A stretch of DNA of 64,000 bases from assembly GCA_964016885.1 (NCBI GenBank), contig OZ024743.1, positions 4,154,001-4,218,000 on the forward strand, written 5' to 3'. Each line of letters starts with the position of its first letter. Positions within the stretch are counted from its first letter, which is position 1. Positions 12,901 through 27,436 of this stretch are shown here, piece after piece. The notes under the pieces are model-generated. The model was not told the DNA's origin and made no database searches. It saw only the letters and a program-made list of their open reading frames with translations. This stretch comes from Eledone cirrhosa. Lineage: Eukaryota. Made by a program: the position numbers and the translations under genes.

Positions 12901-15900
12901 GTATGTATGTCTCTCTGCATGTATGTATGTCTCTCTGCATGTATGTATGTCTCTCTGCATGTATGTATGTCTCTCTCTGCATGTATGTATGTGTCTCTCT
13001 GCATGTATGTATGTCTCTCTGCATGTATGTATGTATCTCTCTGCATGTATGTATGTGTCTCTCTGCATGTATGTATGTGTCTCTCTGCATGTATGTATGT
13101 CTCTCTGCATGTATGTATGTATCTCTCTGCATGTATGTATGTTTCTCTCTGCATGTATGTATGTCTCTCTGCATGTATGTATGTCTCTCTGCATGTATGT
13201 ATGTGTCTCTCTGCATGTATGTATGTCTCTCTGCATGTATGTATGTCTCTCTGCATGTATGTATGTCTCTCTGCATGTATGTATGTCTCTCTGCATGTAT
13301 GTATGTCTCTCTGCATGTATGTATGTGTCACTCTGAATGTATGTATGTCTCTCTGCATGTATGTATGTCTCTCTGCATGTATGTATGTGTCTCTCTGCAT
13401 GTATGTATATCTCTCTGCATGTATGTATGTGTCTCTCTGCATGTATGTATGTCTCTCTGCATGTATGTATGTCTCTCTCTGCATGTATGTATGTCTCTCT
13501 GCATGTATGTATGTCTCTCTGCATGTATGTATGTGTCTCTCTGCATGTATGTATGTCTCTCTGCATGTATGTATGTCTCTCTGCATGTATGTATCTCTCT
13601 GCATGTATGTATGTCTCTCTGCATGTATGTATGTCTCTCTGCATGTATGTATGTCTCTCTGCATGTATGTATGTCTCTCTGCATGTATGTATGTCTCTCT
13701 TGGCATGTATGTATGTGTCACTCTGCATGTATGTATCTCTCTGCATGTATGTATGTGTCTCTCTGCATGTATGTATATCTCTCTGCATGTATGTATGTGT
13801 CACTCTGCATGTATGTATGTCTCTCTGCATGTATGTATGTCTCTCTCTGCATGTATGTATGTCTCTCTGCATGTATGTATGTCTCTCTGCATGTATGTAT
13901 GTGTCTCTCTGCATGTATGTATGTCTCTCTGCATGTATGTATGTCTCTCTGCATGTATGTATCTCTCTGCATGTATGTATGTCTCTCTGCATGTATGTAT
14001 GTCTCTCTGCATGTATGTATGTCTCTCTGCATGTATGTATGTCTCTCTGCATGTATGTATGTCTCTCTTGGCATGTATGTATGTGTCACTCTGCATGTAT
14101 GTATGTCTCTCTGCATGTATGTATGTCTCTCTGCATGTATGTATGTCTCTCTGCATGTATGTATGTCTCTCTCTGCATGTATGTGTCTCTCTGCATGTAT
14201 GTATGTCTCTCTGCATGTATGTATGTGTCTCTGCATGTATGTATGTCTCTCTGCATGTATGTATGTCTCTCTCTGCATGTATGTATGTCTCTCTGCATGT
14301 ATGTATGTATCTCTCTGCATGTATGTATGTCTCTCTGCATGTATGTATGTCTCTCTGCATGTATGTATGTCTCTCTGCATGTATGTATGTGTCTCTCTGC
14401 ATGTATGTATGTCTCTCTGCATGTATGTATGTCTCTCTGCATGTATGTATGTCTCTCTGCATGTATGTATGTCTCTCTGCATGTATGTATGTGTCTCTCT
14501 GCATGTATGTATGTCTCTCTGCATGTATGTATGTCTCTCTGCATGTATGTATGTCTCTCTGCATGTATGTATGTGTCTCTCTGCATGTATGTATGTCTCT
14601 CTGCATGTATGTATGTCTCTCTGCATGTATGTATGTCTCTCTGCATGTATGTATGTCTCTCTGCATGTATGTATGTGTCTCTCTGCATGTATGTATGTCT
14701 CTCTGCATGTATGTATGTCTCTCTGCATGTATGTGTCTCTCGGCATGTATGTATGTCTCTCTGCATGTATGTATGTCTCTCTGCATGTATGTATGTCTCT
14801 CTGCATGTATGTATGTCTCTCTGCATGTATGTATGTGTCTCTCTGCATGTATGTATGTCTCTCTGCATGTATGTATGTCTTTCTGCATGTATGTATGTCT
14901 CTCTGCATGTATGTATGTGTCTCTCTGCATGTATGTATGTCTCTCTGCATGTATGTATGTCTCTCTGTATGTATGTATGTCTCTCTGCATGTATGTATGT
15001 CTCTCTGCATGTATGTATGTCTCTCTGCATGTATGTATGTGTCTCTCTGCATGTATGTATCTCTCTCTGCATGTATGTGTCTCTCTGCATGTATGTATGT
15101 CTCTCTGCATGTATGTATGCCTCTCTGCATGTATGCATGTCTCTCTGCATGTATGTATGTCTCTCTGCATGTATGTATGTCTCTCTGCATGTATGTATGT
15201 CTCTCTCTGCATGTATGTATGTCTCTCTGCATGTATGTATGCCTCTCTGCATGTATGTATGTGTCTCTGCATGTATGTATGTGTCTCTCTGCATGTATGT
15301 ATGTCTCTCTGCATGTATGTATGTCTCTCTGCATGTATGTATGTGTCTCTCTGTATGTATGTGTCTCTCTGCATGTATGTATGTCTCTCTGCATGTATGT
15401 ATGTGTGTCTCTGCATGTATGTATGTCTCTCTGCATGTATGTATGTCTCTCTGCATGTATGTATGCCTCTCTGCATGTATGTATGTCTCTCTGCATGTAT
15501 GTATGCCTCTCTGCATGTATGTATGTCTCTCTGCATGTATGTATGTCTCTCTGCATGTATGTATGTGTCTCTCTGCATGTATGTATGTGTCTCTCTGCAT
15601 GTATGTATGTCTCTCTGCATGTATGTATGTGTCTCTCTGCATGTATGTATGTCTCTCTGCATGTATGTATGTCTCTCTGCATGTATGTATGTGTCTCTCT
15701 GCATGTATGTATGTCTCTCTGCATGTATGTATGTCTCTCTGCATGTATTTATGTCTCTCTGCATGTATGTATGTGTCTCTCTGCATGTATGTATGTGTCT
15801 CTCTGCATGTATGTATGTCTCTCTGCATGTATGTATGTGTCTCTCTGCATGTATGTATGTCTCTCTGCATGTATGTATGTCTCTCTGCATGTATGTATGT

Positions 15901-18900
15901 GTCTCTCTGCATGTATGTATGTCTCTCTGCATGTATGTATGTCTCTCTGCATGTATTTATGTCTCTCTGCATGTATGTATGTGTCTCTCTGCATGTATGT
16001 ATGTGTCTCTCTGCATGTATGTATGTCTCTCTGCATGTATGTATGTGTCTCTCTGCATGTATGTATGTATCTCTCTGCATGTATGTATGTCTCTCTGCAT
16101 GTATTTATGTCTCTCTGCATGTATGTATGTGTCTCTCTGCATGTATGTATGTGTCTCTCTGCATGTATGTATGTCTCTCTCTGCATGTATGTATGTCTCT
16201 CTGCATGTATGTATGTGTCTCTCTGCATGTATGTATGTCTCTCTGCATGTATGTATCTCTCTGCATGTATGTATGTCTCTCTCTGCATGTATGTATGTCT
16301 CTCTGTATGTATGTATGTCTCTCTGCATGTATGTATGTCTCTCTGTATGTATGTATGTCTCTCTGCATGTATGTATGTGTCTCTCTGCATGTATGTATGC
16401 CTCTCTGCATGTATGTATGTCTCTCTGCATGTATGTATGTATCTCTCTGCATGTATGTATGTCTCTCTGTATGTATGTATGTCTCTCTGCATGTATGTAT
16501 GTCTCTCTGCATGTATGTATGTCTCTCTGCATGTATGTGTGTGTCTCTCTGCATGTATGTATGTCTCTCTGCATGTATGTGTGTGTCTCTCTGCATGTAT
16601 GTATGTCTCTCTGCATGTATGTATGTCTCTCTGCATGTATGTGTGTGTCTCTCTGCATGTATGTATGTCTCTCTGCATGTATGTATGCCTCTCTGCATGT
16701 ATGTATGTCTCTCTGTATGTATGTATGTCTCTCTGCATGTATGTATGTCTCTCTGCATGTATGTATGTCTCTCTGCATGTATGTATGTCTCTCTGCATGT
16801 ATGTATGTGTCTCTCTGCATGTATGTATGTCTCTCTGCATGTATGTATGTCTCTCTGCATGTATGTATGTGTCTCTCTGCATGTATGTATGTCTCTCTGC
16901 ATGTATGTATGTGTCTCTCTGCATGTATGTATGTCTCTCTGTATGTATGTGTCTCTCTGCATGTATGTATGTCTCTCTGCATGTATGTATGTCTCTCTGC
17001 ATGTATGTATGTCTCTCTGCATGTATGTATGTATCTCTCTGCATGTATGTATGTCTCTCTCTGCATGTATGTATGTCTCTCTGTATGTATGTATGTCTCT
17101 CTGCATGTATGTATGTCTCTCTGCATGTATGTATGTATCTCTCTGCATGTATGTATGTCTCTCTCTGCATGTATGTATGTCTCTCTGCATGTATGTATGT
17201 CTCTCTCTGCATGTATGTATGTCTCTCTGCATGTATGTATGTATCTCTCTGCATGTATGTATGTCTCTCTCTGCATGTATGTATGTCTCTCTGCATGTAT
17301 GTATGTCTCTCTCTGCATGTATGTATGTCTCTCTGTATGTATGTATGTCTCTCTGCATGTATGTATGTCTCTCTGCATGTATGTATATGTCTCTCTGCAT
17401 GTATGTATCTCTCTGCATGTATGTATGTCTCTCTGCATGTATGTATGTATCTCTCTGCATGTATGTATGTCTCTCTGTATGTATGTATGTCTCTCTGCAT
17501 GTATGTATGTCTCTCTGCATGTATGTATGTCTCTCTCTGCATGTATGTATGTCTCTCTGTATGTATGTATGTCTCTCTGCATGTATGTATGTCTCTCTGC
17601 ATGTATGTATATGTCTCTCTGCATGTATGTATCTCTCTGCATGTATGTATCTCTCTGCATGTATGTATGTCTCTCTGTATGTATGTATGTCTCTCTGCAT
17701 GTATGTATGTCTCTCTGCATGTATGTATATGTCTCTCTGCATGTATGTATCTCTCTGCATGTATGTATGTCTCTCTGCATGTATGTATGTATCTCTCTGC
17801 ATGTATGTATGTCTCTCTGTATGTATGTATGTCTCTCTGCATGTATGTATGTGTCTCTGCATGTATGTATGTCTCTCTCTGCATGTATGTATGTCTCTCT
17901 GTATGTATGTATGTCTCTCTGCATGTATGTATGTCTCTCTGCATGTATGTATGTCTCTCTCTGCATGTATGTATGTCTCTCTGTATGTATGTATGTCTCT
18001 CTGCATGTATGTATATGTCTCTCTGCATGTATGTATCTCTCTGCATGTATGTATCTCTCTGCATGTATGTATGTCTCTCTGTATGTATGTATGTCTCTCT
18101 GCATGTATTTATGTCTCTCTGCATGTATGTATGTCTCTCTGCATGTATGTATATGTCTCTCTGCATGTATGTCTCTCTCTGCATGTATGTATGTGTCTCT
18201 CTGCATGTATGTATGTCTCTCTGCATGTATGTATGTCTCTCTCTGCATGTATGTATGTCTCTCTGCATGTATGTATGTCTCTCTGCATGTATGTATGTCT
18301 CTCTGCATGTATGTGTGTGTCTCTCTGCATGTATGTATGTCTCTCTGCATGTATGTATGTCTCTCTCTGCATGTATGTATGTCTCTCTGTATGTATGTAT
18401 GTCTCTCTGCATGTATGTATGTCTCTCTGCATGTATGTATGTCTCTCTGCATGTATGTATGTCTCTCTGCATGTATGTATGTCTCTCTGCATGTATGTAT
18501 GTCTCTCTGCATGTATGTATGTCTCTCTGCATGTATGTATGTCTCTCTGCATGTATGTATGTCTCTCTGCATGTATGTATGTCTCTCTCTGCATGTATGT
18601 ATGTCTCTCTGTATGTATGTATGTCTCTCTGCATGTATGTATGTGTCTCTCTGCATGTATGTATGCCTCTCTGCATGTATGTATGTCTCTCTGCATGTAT
18701 GTATGTATCTCTCTGCATGTATGTATGTCTCTCTGTATGTATGTATGTCTCTCTGCATGTATGTATGTCTCTCTGCATGTATGTATGTCTCTCTGCATGT
18801 ATGTGTGTGTCTCTCTGCATGTATGTATGTCTCTCTGCATGTATGTGTGTGTCTCTCTGCATGTATGTATGTCTCTCTGCATGTATGTATGTCTCTCTGC

Positions 18901-21900
18901 ATGTATGTGTGTGTCTCTCTGCATGTATGTATGTCTCTCTGCATGTATGTATGCCTCTCTGCATGTATGTATGTCTCTCTCTGCATGTATGTATGTCTCT
19001 CTGTATGTATGTGTCTCTCTGCATGTATGTATGTCTCTCTGCATGTATGTATGTCTCTCTGCATGTATGTATGTCTCTCTGCATGTATGTATGTATCTCT
19101 CTGCATGTATGTATGTCTCTCTCTGCATGTATGTATGTCTCTCTGTATGTATGTATGTCTCTCTGCATGTATGTATGTCTCTCTGCATGTATGTATGTCT
19201 CTCTCTGCATGTATGTATGTCTCTCTGTATGTATGTATGTCTCTCTGCATGTATGTATGTCTCTCTGCATGTATGTATATGTCTCTCTGCATGTATGTAT
19301 CTCTCTGCATGTATGTATGTCTCTCTGCATGTATGTATGTATCTCTCTGCATGTATGTATGTCTCTCTCTGCATGTATGTATGTCTCTCTGTATGTATGT
19401 ATGTCTCTCTGCATGTATGTATGTCTCTCTGCATGTATGTATGTGTCTCTGCATGTATGTATGTCTCTCTGCATGTATGTATGTCTCTCTGCATGTATGT
19501 ATGTGTCTCTCTGCATGTATGTATGTCTCTCTGCATGTATGTATGTCTCTCTCTGCATGTATGTATGTCTCTCTGCATGTATGTATGTCTCTCTGCATGT
19601 ATGTATGTGTCTCTCTGCATGTATGTATGTGTCTCTCTGCATGTATGTATGTCTCTCTCTGCATGTATGTATGTCTCTCTGTATGTATGTATGTCTCTCT
19701 GCATGTATGTATGTCTCTCTGCATGTATGTATGTCTCTCTGCATGTATGTATGTCTCTCTCTGCATGTATGTATGTCTCTCTGCATGTATGTATGTCTCT
19801 CTGCATGTATGTATGTCTCTCTGCATGTATGTATGTCTCTCTCTGCATGTATGTATGTCTCTCTGCATGTATGTATGTCTCTCTCTGCATGTATGTATGT
19901 CTCTCTGCATGTATGTGTGTGTCTCTCTGCATGTATGTATGTCTCTCTGCATGTATGTATGTCTCTCTGCATGTATGTATGTCTCTCTGCATGTATGTGT
20001 GTGTCTCTCTGCATGTATGTATGTGTCTCTCTGCATGTATGTATGTCTCTCTGCATGTATGTATGTGTCTCTCTGCATGTATGTATGTCTCTCTCTGCAT
20101 GTATGTATGTCTCTCTGTATGTATGTATGTCTCTCTGCATGTATGTATGTATCTCTCTGCATGTATGTATGTCTCTCTGCATGTATGTATGTGTCTCTCT
20201 GCATGTATGTATGTCTCTCTGCATGTATGTATGTCTCTCTGCATGTATGTATGTCTCTCTGCATGTATGTATGTCTCTCTGCATGTATGTATGTCTCTCT
20301 GCATGTATGTATGTCTCTCTGCATGTATGTATGTCTCTCTGCATGTATGTATGTCTCTCTGCATGTATGTGTGTGTCTCTCTGCATGTATGTATGTCTCT
20401 CTGCATGTATGTATGTGTCTCTCTGCATGTATGTATGTCTCTCTGCATGTATGTATGTGTCTCTGCATGTATGTATGTCTCTCTGCATGTATGTATGTCT
20501 CTCTGCATGTATGTATGTCTCTCTGCATGTATGTATGTGTCTCTCTGCATGTATGTATGTCTCTCTGCATGTATGTATGTCTCTCTGCATGTATGTATGT
20601 CTCTCTGCATGTATGTATGTCTCTCTGCATGTATGTATGTCTCTCTGCATGTATGTATGTCTCTCTGCATGTATGTATGTCTCTCTGCATGTATGTATGT
20701 CTCTCTCTGCATGTATGTATGTCTCTCTGCATGTATGTATGTGTCTCTCTGCATGTATGTATGTCTCTCTGCATGTATGTATGTCTCTCTGCATGTATGT
20801 ATGTCTCTCTGCATGTATGTATGTCTCTCTGCATGTATGTGTGTGTCTCTCTGCATGTATGTATGTCTCTCTGCATGTATGTATGTGTCTCTCTGCATGT
20901 ATGTATGTGTCTCTCTGCATGTATGTATGTCTCTCTGCATGTATGTATGTCTCTCTGCATGTATGTATGTCTCTCTGCATGTATGTATGTGTCTCTCTGT
21001 ATGTATGTATGTCTCTCTGCATGTATGTATGTCTCTCTGCATGTATGTATGTCTCTCTGCATGTATGTATGTCTCTCTGCATGTATGTATGTCTCTCTGC
21101 ATGTATGTATGTCTCTCTGCATGTATGTATGTGTCTCTCTGCATGTATGTATGTCTCTCTGCATGTATGTATGTGTCTCTGCATGTATGTATGTCTCTCT
21201 GCATGTATGTATGTCTCTCTGCATGTATGTATGTGTCTCTGCATGTATGTATGTCTCTCTGCATGTATGTATGTGTCTCTCTGCATGTATGTATGTGTCT
21301 CTCTGCATGTATGTATGTGTCTCTCTGCATGTATGTATGTCTCTTTGCATGTATGTATGTGTCTCTCTGCATGTATGTATGTGTCTCTCTGTATGTATGT
21401 GTCTCTCTGCATGTATGTATGTCTCTCTGCATGTATGTATGTCTCTCTCTGCATGTATGTATGTCTCTCTGCATGTATGTATGTCTCTTTGCATGTATGT
21501 ATGTGTCTCTCTGCATGTATGTATGTGTCTCTCTGCATGTATGTATGTCTCTCTGCATGTATGTATGTCTCTCTGCATGTATGTATGTCTCTCTGCATGT
21601 ATGTATGTGTCTCTCTGCATGTATGTATGTCTCTCTGCATGTATGTATGTGTCTCCCTGCATGTATATATGTCTCTCTGCATGTATGTATGTCTCTCTGC
21701 ATGTATGTATGTGTCTCTCTGCATGTATGTATGTGTCTCTCTGCATGTATGTATGTCTCTCTGCATGTATGTATGTCTCTCTGCATGTATGTATGTGTCT
21801 CTCTGCATGTATGTATGTCTCTCTGCATGTATGTATGTCTCTCTGCATGTATGTATGTGTCTCTCTGCATGTATGTATGTGTCTCTCTGCATGTATGTAT

Positions 21901-22014
21901 GTGTCTCTCTGCATGTATGTATGTGTCTCTGCATGTATGTATGTGCCTCTCTGCATGTATGTGTCTCTCTGCATGTATGTATGTGTCTCTCTGCATGTAT
22001 GTATGCATGTATGT
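9967..22014. repeat. ~12-kb satellite array, 20-bp monomer GTCTCTCTGCATGTATGTAT with 16- and 22-bp variants
   Basis: Direct reading. Near absence of stop codons explains the thousands-of-aa ORFs in all six frames. Confidence 0.98.
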
Positions 22015-22026
22015 CTAAAAGTCTGT

Positions 22027-22258
22027 CTTAAGCCAGAAGTCTCATTTGGCCGGTGCTTATCCCGGTTTCATGGCATGAAGCGACTGAGAGTACAAGACTT
22101 CCCCCTGGATAGGACGCCAGTCCATTGCAGGGTTAAGCCCCCAGCTATTGCTGGTACTAATTTTCAGTTGAGTATACTGGAGCAACGTGAAATGAAGTGT
22201 TTTGCTCAAGAACACAACACGCAACCCAGGAATCGAACCCACGACATTATGATCATAA
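22027..22258 (-). mobile_element. tRNA-derived SINE family S2 with V-domain-like core
   Basis: Minus strand has B box GGTTCGATTCC and CCTGCAATGGACTGGCGTCCTATCCAGGGG, resembling the V-SINE domain. Second copy at 39530-39772 (+). Confidence 0.8.
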
Positions 22259-22260
22259 AC

Positions 22261-22787
22261 TGGCAACCCCACCAAGGTTTCTTGGTGAGGAGGGTGACTT
22301 TGGACATCCTGCAGGACTAAAAACAAAACCTGTCAAAGGGCAAAGGAGCTCTTAAGAGTCAATGGCCATCCAAAATCACCGGGAGAGATGACCCCTTAGC
22401 CTTTGTCAAGGCAGAATTCTAGGAGAAGGAAAACTCTGATATAACACCTGCAACCCTCATGGTATCCAATGATGTTGACTTGTTCTTCTTTTTGGTAAAT
22501 ATCATCTTGGTTAAGAGAGTGGGAATGGCTTTGAGCAGTGCCTTTGCTCACTATAAGCTTCACGGCAAAGGCATTGCTTTATATCTGGAGATCTCTCTGT
22601 ACTTGTGATCACATGGTACCATGGGCCCAACACTATGTGTCAATAATTGTCACAAGTGTAGTGTTTGTACCAGAGTTTTCAAGTCGCTGGCTGGACTAAA
22701 AAGTTACACTCGTTCAGCGCATCGGTAAGGGTTCTCCTACATGGATATAAAGTAGTGGCCGTACTCGAAAACGAGTTGGCAGCCACC
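22261..22787 (+). mobile_element. Bipartite (internally deleted) RTE-derived non-autonomous retroposon
   Basis: RTE 5'UTR-like CTAGGAGAAGGAAAACTCTGA joined to a C-terminal C2H2-type finger CSVCTRVFKSLAGLKS(Y/H)TRSAH* and an (ATGT)n tail. Confidence 0.75.
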
Positions 22788-23279
22788 ATGTATGTATGTA
22801 TGTATGTATGTATGTATGTATGTATGTATATATGTATCTATTATATAAATCTCGCTATGGTGTTTTAAGCTTTGATCATGGCACAGCTACCCCAATAGCC
22901 GTGTCAGAACTCGACACTAGCGCTTCAGTATTAATTAACCATCATATTTAGATTTACTCAATCGCTACTGAGCCGAAATAAGATTTAGCTTATATAATTT
23001 TTGTGAATAAACTTCTTCTGGGGATATATGTCGGTGAACGCGTGTTAGAATGTGTCTGTGTTTGTGTGAGTGTGATACATAAATACATATAAACATAATA
23101 CGTACGAAGCATAGAGACCCTTCTAGTAGATGCTAAAAAATCTGAAAAAGAAAGATAAAAGCAAATTAAGTAACGAGAAAAGGAGGAAGGGGTAAAGAAG
23201 GGCAGATCTGACTGTATTGGAAAGAAGAGGAAAGGACAATAAATGTCATAAATGAGAGGCAAAGGAGGAAATGAGCAAG

Positions 23280-24515
23280 GACTCTAAGGCCACAGAAGAA
23301 AAAGGAGGGGGAGAGGGTGATGGGTGTTGGGTCTAGGGCACAGCGGTGTTTCGACTGCGACCCGCGAACAAAACTGCCAAGCCATTTCCGCGGACAATGG
23401 CCAGCGATAAAAGCTGCAACAGCCACCCCACATTGCGGGGCTTCTACATCAGATGCGGAGGAGCTCGGCTGTATGGGGTCCGAGGACGCGTGAGGTCTTG
23501 ACGGCGACTGGTGAGAAGAGGAAGCGGTCGGACAATCCCTGGTATTTGCTTGTCTTCCTGTCCTCCGCATTGCGAGCCGCAGTATCAGGGTTTGTGCCCG
23601 AAGCGATTAAGCAGGAGGCGGACAACATGCACCACAACATCTGGCGGCGTCTCAAATGATGGATCTACCTCCTTCATATGGGAAGAGGTTATTTCCGGTG
23701 GGTTGTTTGCTGTCTCCAGTTTGTTGTCTGCTGACTCCAGTTTTGATGAGAAGCCAGTTGCGTCCAGGCTCCTTCGCTATATGTCATTGAGAGCGGTATG
23801 TTGGGGCAACCGGCCTCGGCTCTGGGTACAGGCAAAACTTGTTAACGACAACCCCACAACGGCATTTGTGTGGATCACACACGCGCAGGCCGAAGCGTTA
23901 AGCCACTCCAATGCGAGTACACTCGTCATCGAGAATGGTACCGGTTGATGAGCAAGGCACCGAATTGAGCCACTCACTGATTTTTGGATGCGAAGCTGAT
24001 CAGAGGCAGGTGAGCTGGCGTTTATTGAAGCCAGGCTCAATCCACCTGAAGGAAGACCTGTATTTGATATATCTCCCACTTACGTTGGACATTTGTATAC
24101 TGTGACAGAGAGGTCTTCGCCTGTCCGGTCCGCCAGAGCTTTCTAAGATCTGGGACCACGCCAGGTTCGGCCGTCTAGCTGAGGATCTCGCTGACGAGTG
24201 TGTGACTGGAGGAGATTGAGGAAAGGTAAGCCGGTAGTCCCAGATCCGAAGCAGATCGGAGGCCTCGGCCTCCGAACCTCGCTGGAATCTTCGCCTGTTG
24301 TCAGTCGGCGATGTCGAAACTGACATTGCTGATGAGTCTTGCATAGCATCGGATGGTGGCATCGAGTTCACCGAGATGATCTATGTGCGGGTGACGAGGT
24401 GCATAGATTTGGGGAGGGCGAGGCAGTTCCTCAGAGGAACAGCGTCGGGTGAGCGTCAATGAGGCGCAGCCTCTCTGCCATTCGGGACAGGTCCACGTGC
24501 TTGATCTCCAGGCAC
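23280..24515 (-). mobile_element. CRE-clade non-LTR retrotransposon, decayed 3' ~1.2 kb
   Basis: PARFGGRGLRSASDLGLPAYLSS; WLNSVPCSSTGTILDD; RVCDPHKCRCG; RGRLPQHTALNDI; AARNAEDRKTSKY...FSPVAVKTSRVLGP; WLLQLLSLAIVRGN. Confidence 0.9.
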
Positions 24516-24574
24516 TCTTAATGTATATATATATATTATGTTATAGTATTTTCTAAAATTTAAGTTGTAAAAAA

Positions 24575-24745
24575 ATTATTTCTGATTTAGGCAATTTGCG
24601 GGGTAGGGGAAACTCGATTAAATCGACCCTAGTGCGTTACTGGTATTTTATTTTATTGAACCGGTAAGGATAAAAGGCAAGGCTAACCTCAGTGCGATTT
24701 GAATTCAGAGCGTAAAGAGGCGTAACTGTATGCTAAGAAGCATGA
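24575..24745 (-). mobile_element. SINE S1 copy
   Basis: Reverse complement of the S1 body. Confidence 0.8.
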
Positions 24746-24831
24746 ATGTAATAGTTGTATGTAATAGATACTCATAAGGAAATATTATTTGGAGCATGTG
24801 TGATAGAGGGAATAAATACAATTGTTTGTGT

Positions 24832-25830
24832 CTAATGTTTAACTTCTGACAGGTTTATCTTCAAAACGATACTTACTATTTCGGGATGTTCTGTTTTCTC
24901 TTCAGGTAAATAAAGGCCTGTTTCAGCATCAAGGCCTGTTTCAGCATCAAAAAGGCGTTGTCTGCGAATGTCCACCAACAAGGAAAAATGGTGGAGAAAA
25001 TCCGCTCCCAAAATGGCGTATGGCAAGTCGGCGATAGTAAACTTCCACTTCAAATCACGTCGCACATTTTTTAACCGAAGAGGAAGCGAAATTTGCCCGT
25101 ACGTTCGAATGGCCGTGTGGTTGACTGCTCGTAGATTTATATTTGATTCAGCTGGGCTTTTTTTGAGATAACTGACTGGCCAAATACTCAGCGACGCGCC
25201 AGTATCGACAAGGAAACATTTTTTTGACCGCAGGTCGTATACGAAAAGATGGCGGTTCGGTCGGTTTTCCCAGAGTTCACTAGCCGCCCCTAGTGGCTCT
25301 GCTTTGCGTTTCCCGATCTCTTGTAATTACAGGGCGTGCGACAACGTTGTGCCCTACTGCCGAAGTTAGCATGATACCAACACAACGAAGAATTATTGTT
25401 GTCTGCGTCGTAGTGCTGGCGATGAATAGAGGACGGCGGCGAACGATACCTCAAACGTTGAGAAGGCTCTCTGTGATGTACAGTCAAATCTTCTACCTTT
25501 TTGGTGAGAGCTTCAATCAACTCCAACAGTTTGCTGTCGGCCACAGAAGGATTGCGTGGGGGGACGCAAGCTGAAGCCACATAAGGATTATGCCGATTTC
25601 TGTTCGAGTCCACCTCAAGTATTCTATCCGCGGACGCGGTAAGTTGCTCTAACGACTCCTTCTCCAAACTATTAACCAAAATCCTTTGCGCACTTGGTGG
25701 TAGACGTGAGAAAAAGAGCTTCTTTAAGAAGGGGGTGTCAATCCCCTGGGAGTCGCTCAACTCCCGCAAATGTCGCAAATAGGAGCTCAGCTTCCTGTCA
25801 CCCATTTGAGCATCGTTCAACAACTCCTGA
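24832..25830 (-). mobile_element. Ty3/Gypsy LTR retrotransposon fragment (CsRn1-like gag plus aspartic protease)
   Basis: Gag GDRKLSSYLRHLREL...CWYHANFGSRAQRCRTPC (CHCC); protease CFLVDTGASLSIWP and WKFTIADLPYAILGADFLHHFSLLVD. No LTRs or RT seen. Confidence 0.9.
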
Positions 25831-27292
25831 AAACGGCTTTTTTCTTTTTAAATATGTCCTTTCGTCTCTCATTCAATACAGTCTTGTCTTTTTTTCTCGT
25901 TTTCTTTGTTCAGATTTCCTTTTCATATTAGTTAAATATTACTTTGCAGCACATATATTTGTTCCTGCTATATTCATGTGAGGTTACCATGACATTATAC
26001 AAGCTCGGCAAGTAAGTTCATTGAAACTCATTAGAAGCTAATCCTGGTTCAAACAGAATTTACTTCGACATTAGAAAGTGTAGGTTGTGAATAATTCTAG
26101 TCAGAAAAATATACCATTATCTAATCTTTTTTATATTTAACATCACTTGGTACGCCCCACAAATGAAGATTTCCTTTTCATTCAGTGAACGAAGTGTTTT
26201 TATATCCCAAGTTTACTAATGCAATCTGCCGATTAAAGAAGTTTGGAGTTATTCATGTTACATCCTATGATATGTATATATAACTAGGTTTATTGAGCCA
26301 TTCTGAAAAGAATATTTTGGATAGTGATCCTTTTTTAGAAAATCAAACTTCCGCTTATTCTGAGAGCACTATTTTATTCTTGGTTTGAATTTTGCTACCA
26401 ATGTGAAATAATAGAAAGGAAATACCGCTGAGACTGACCTAAAATGGGAGGAATATTTGGTATTCAAGAAGGTGGATGGTATATTCAATTGAGGTCATTC
26501 TATTGAACTGTTCCTATAATCAAATTCCTCAACTTGTGGCCAAGAAATCAGACAACATTCACACTCGGATAATGAGTCAATAGGATCTGAGAACATAGCA
26601 ATAGAAGTGCTACACGAAATTATGAAAGAACATATTGGAAAAATATTGATTTATATTGAAACGAAATCAGAACAGAACACAGATTAACATTTCAATAAGT
26701 GTATAAAACATTAATATATACATCTTTCACATGCTGGTGTCATATATTACCAACTCCGATTGATAAATAAATCGACAAATTATGCATGAATGGCGCACAT
26801 TTTAATATTTTATGAGCAAATGCGATAACTTTCATTCATTCATATTCAATTACTAACGAATTTATGAAACTGAAGAGTGTAATCATATCTCTAAGAAAAT
26901 AAGCATGCATATTAGAAGATAACCACGCCGCAAATAGTTCTTCAAGTTTTGCTAAGACTGTCTTGCATAAGAGTCATAGATTGTGTACCTAATTATAATA
27001 ACTGTTATATTTTTGACCACATAAACCACCACAATTTACCAAGATTCTAGTTCATATCTATGTAAAGAGGTTTAGGTTAACTGTATATATATATAAGTTT
27101 TATACTGAATATATGAATAGTTTTAAGCCTGGATGAGGTGGTTGAAGTGATAGTCGGTAGATTCTAAATCTATTTATATGTAGCATTCTTACTCTTGGCT
27201 TTATATTTTAATGAAATGTATGTTTATCATTATAAATTTGACTTCAGTTTATTTTTCAATTACTGTAAGTTTATACATGTTGTGTCATACAC

Positions 27293-27387
<95 letters not shown>

Positions 27388-27436
27388 CACACTCAAACAC
27401 ACATGCACACACATATATGTATATATATATATATAT

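Noticed and set aside
9866-22320. Giant ORFs of 600-4100 aa in all six frames
   Set aside because: Translation of a stop-poor 20-bp satellite; no protein features.
22963-22990. GCTA-CTGAGCC-GAAA...TAGC as an HHR
   Set aside because: CUGANGA box incomplete, no stem II or III.
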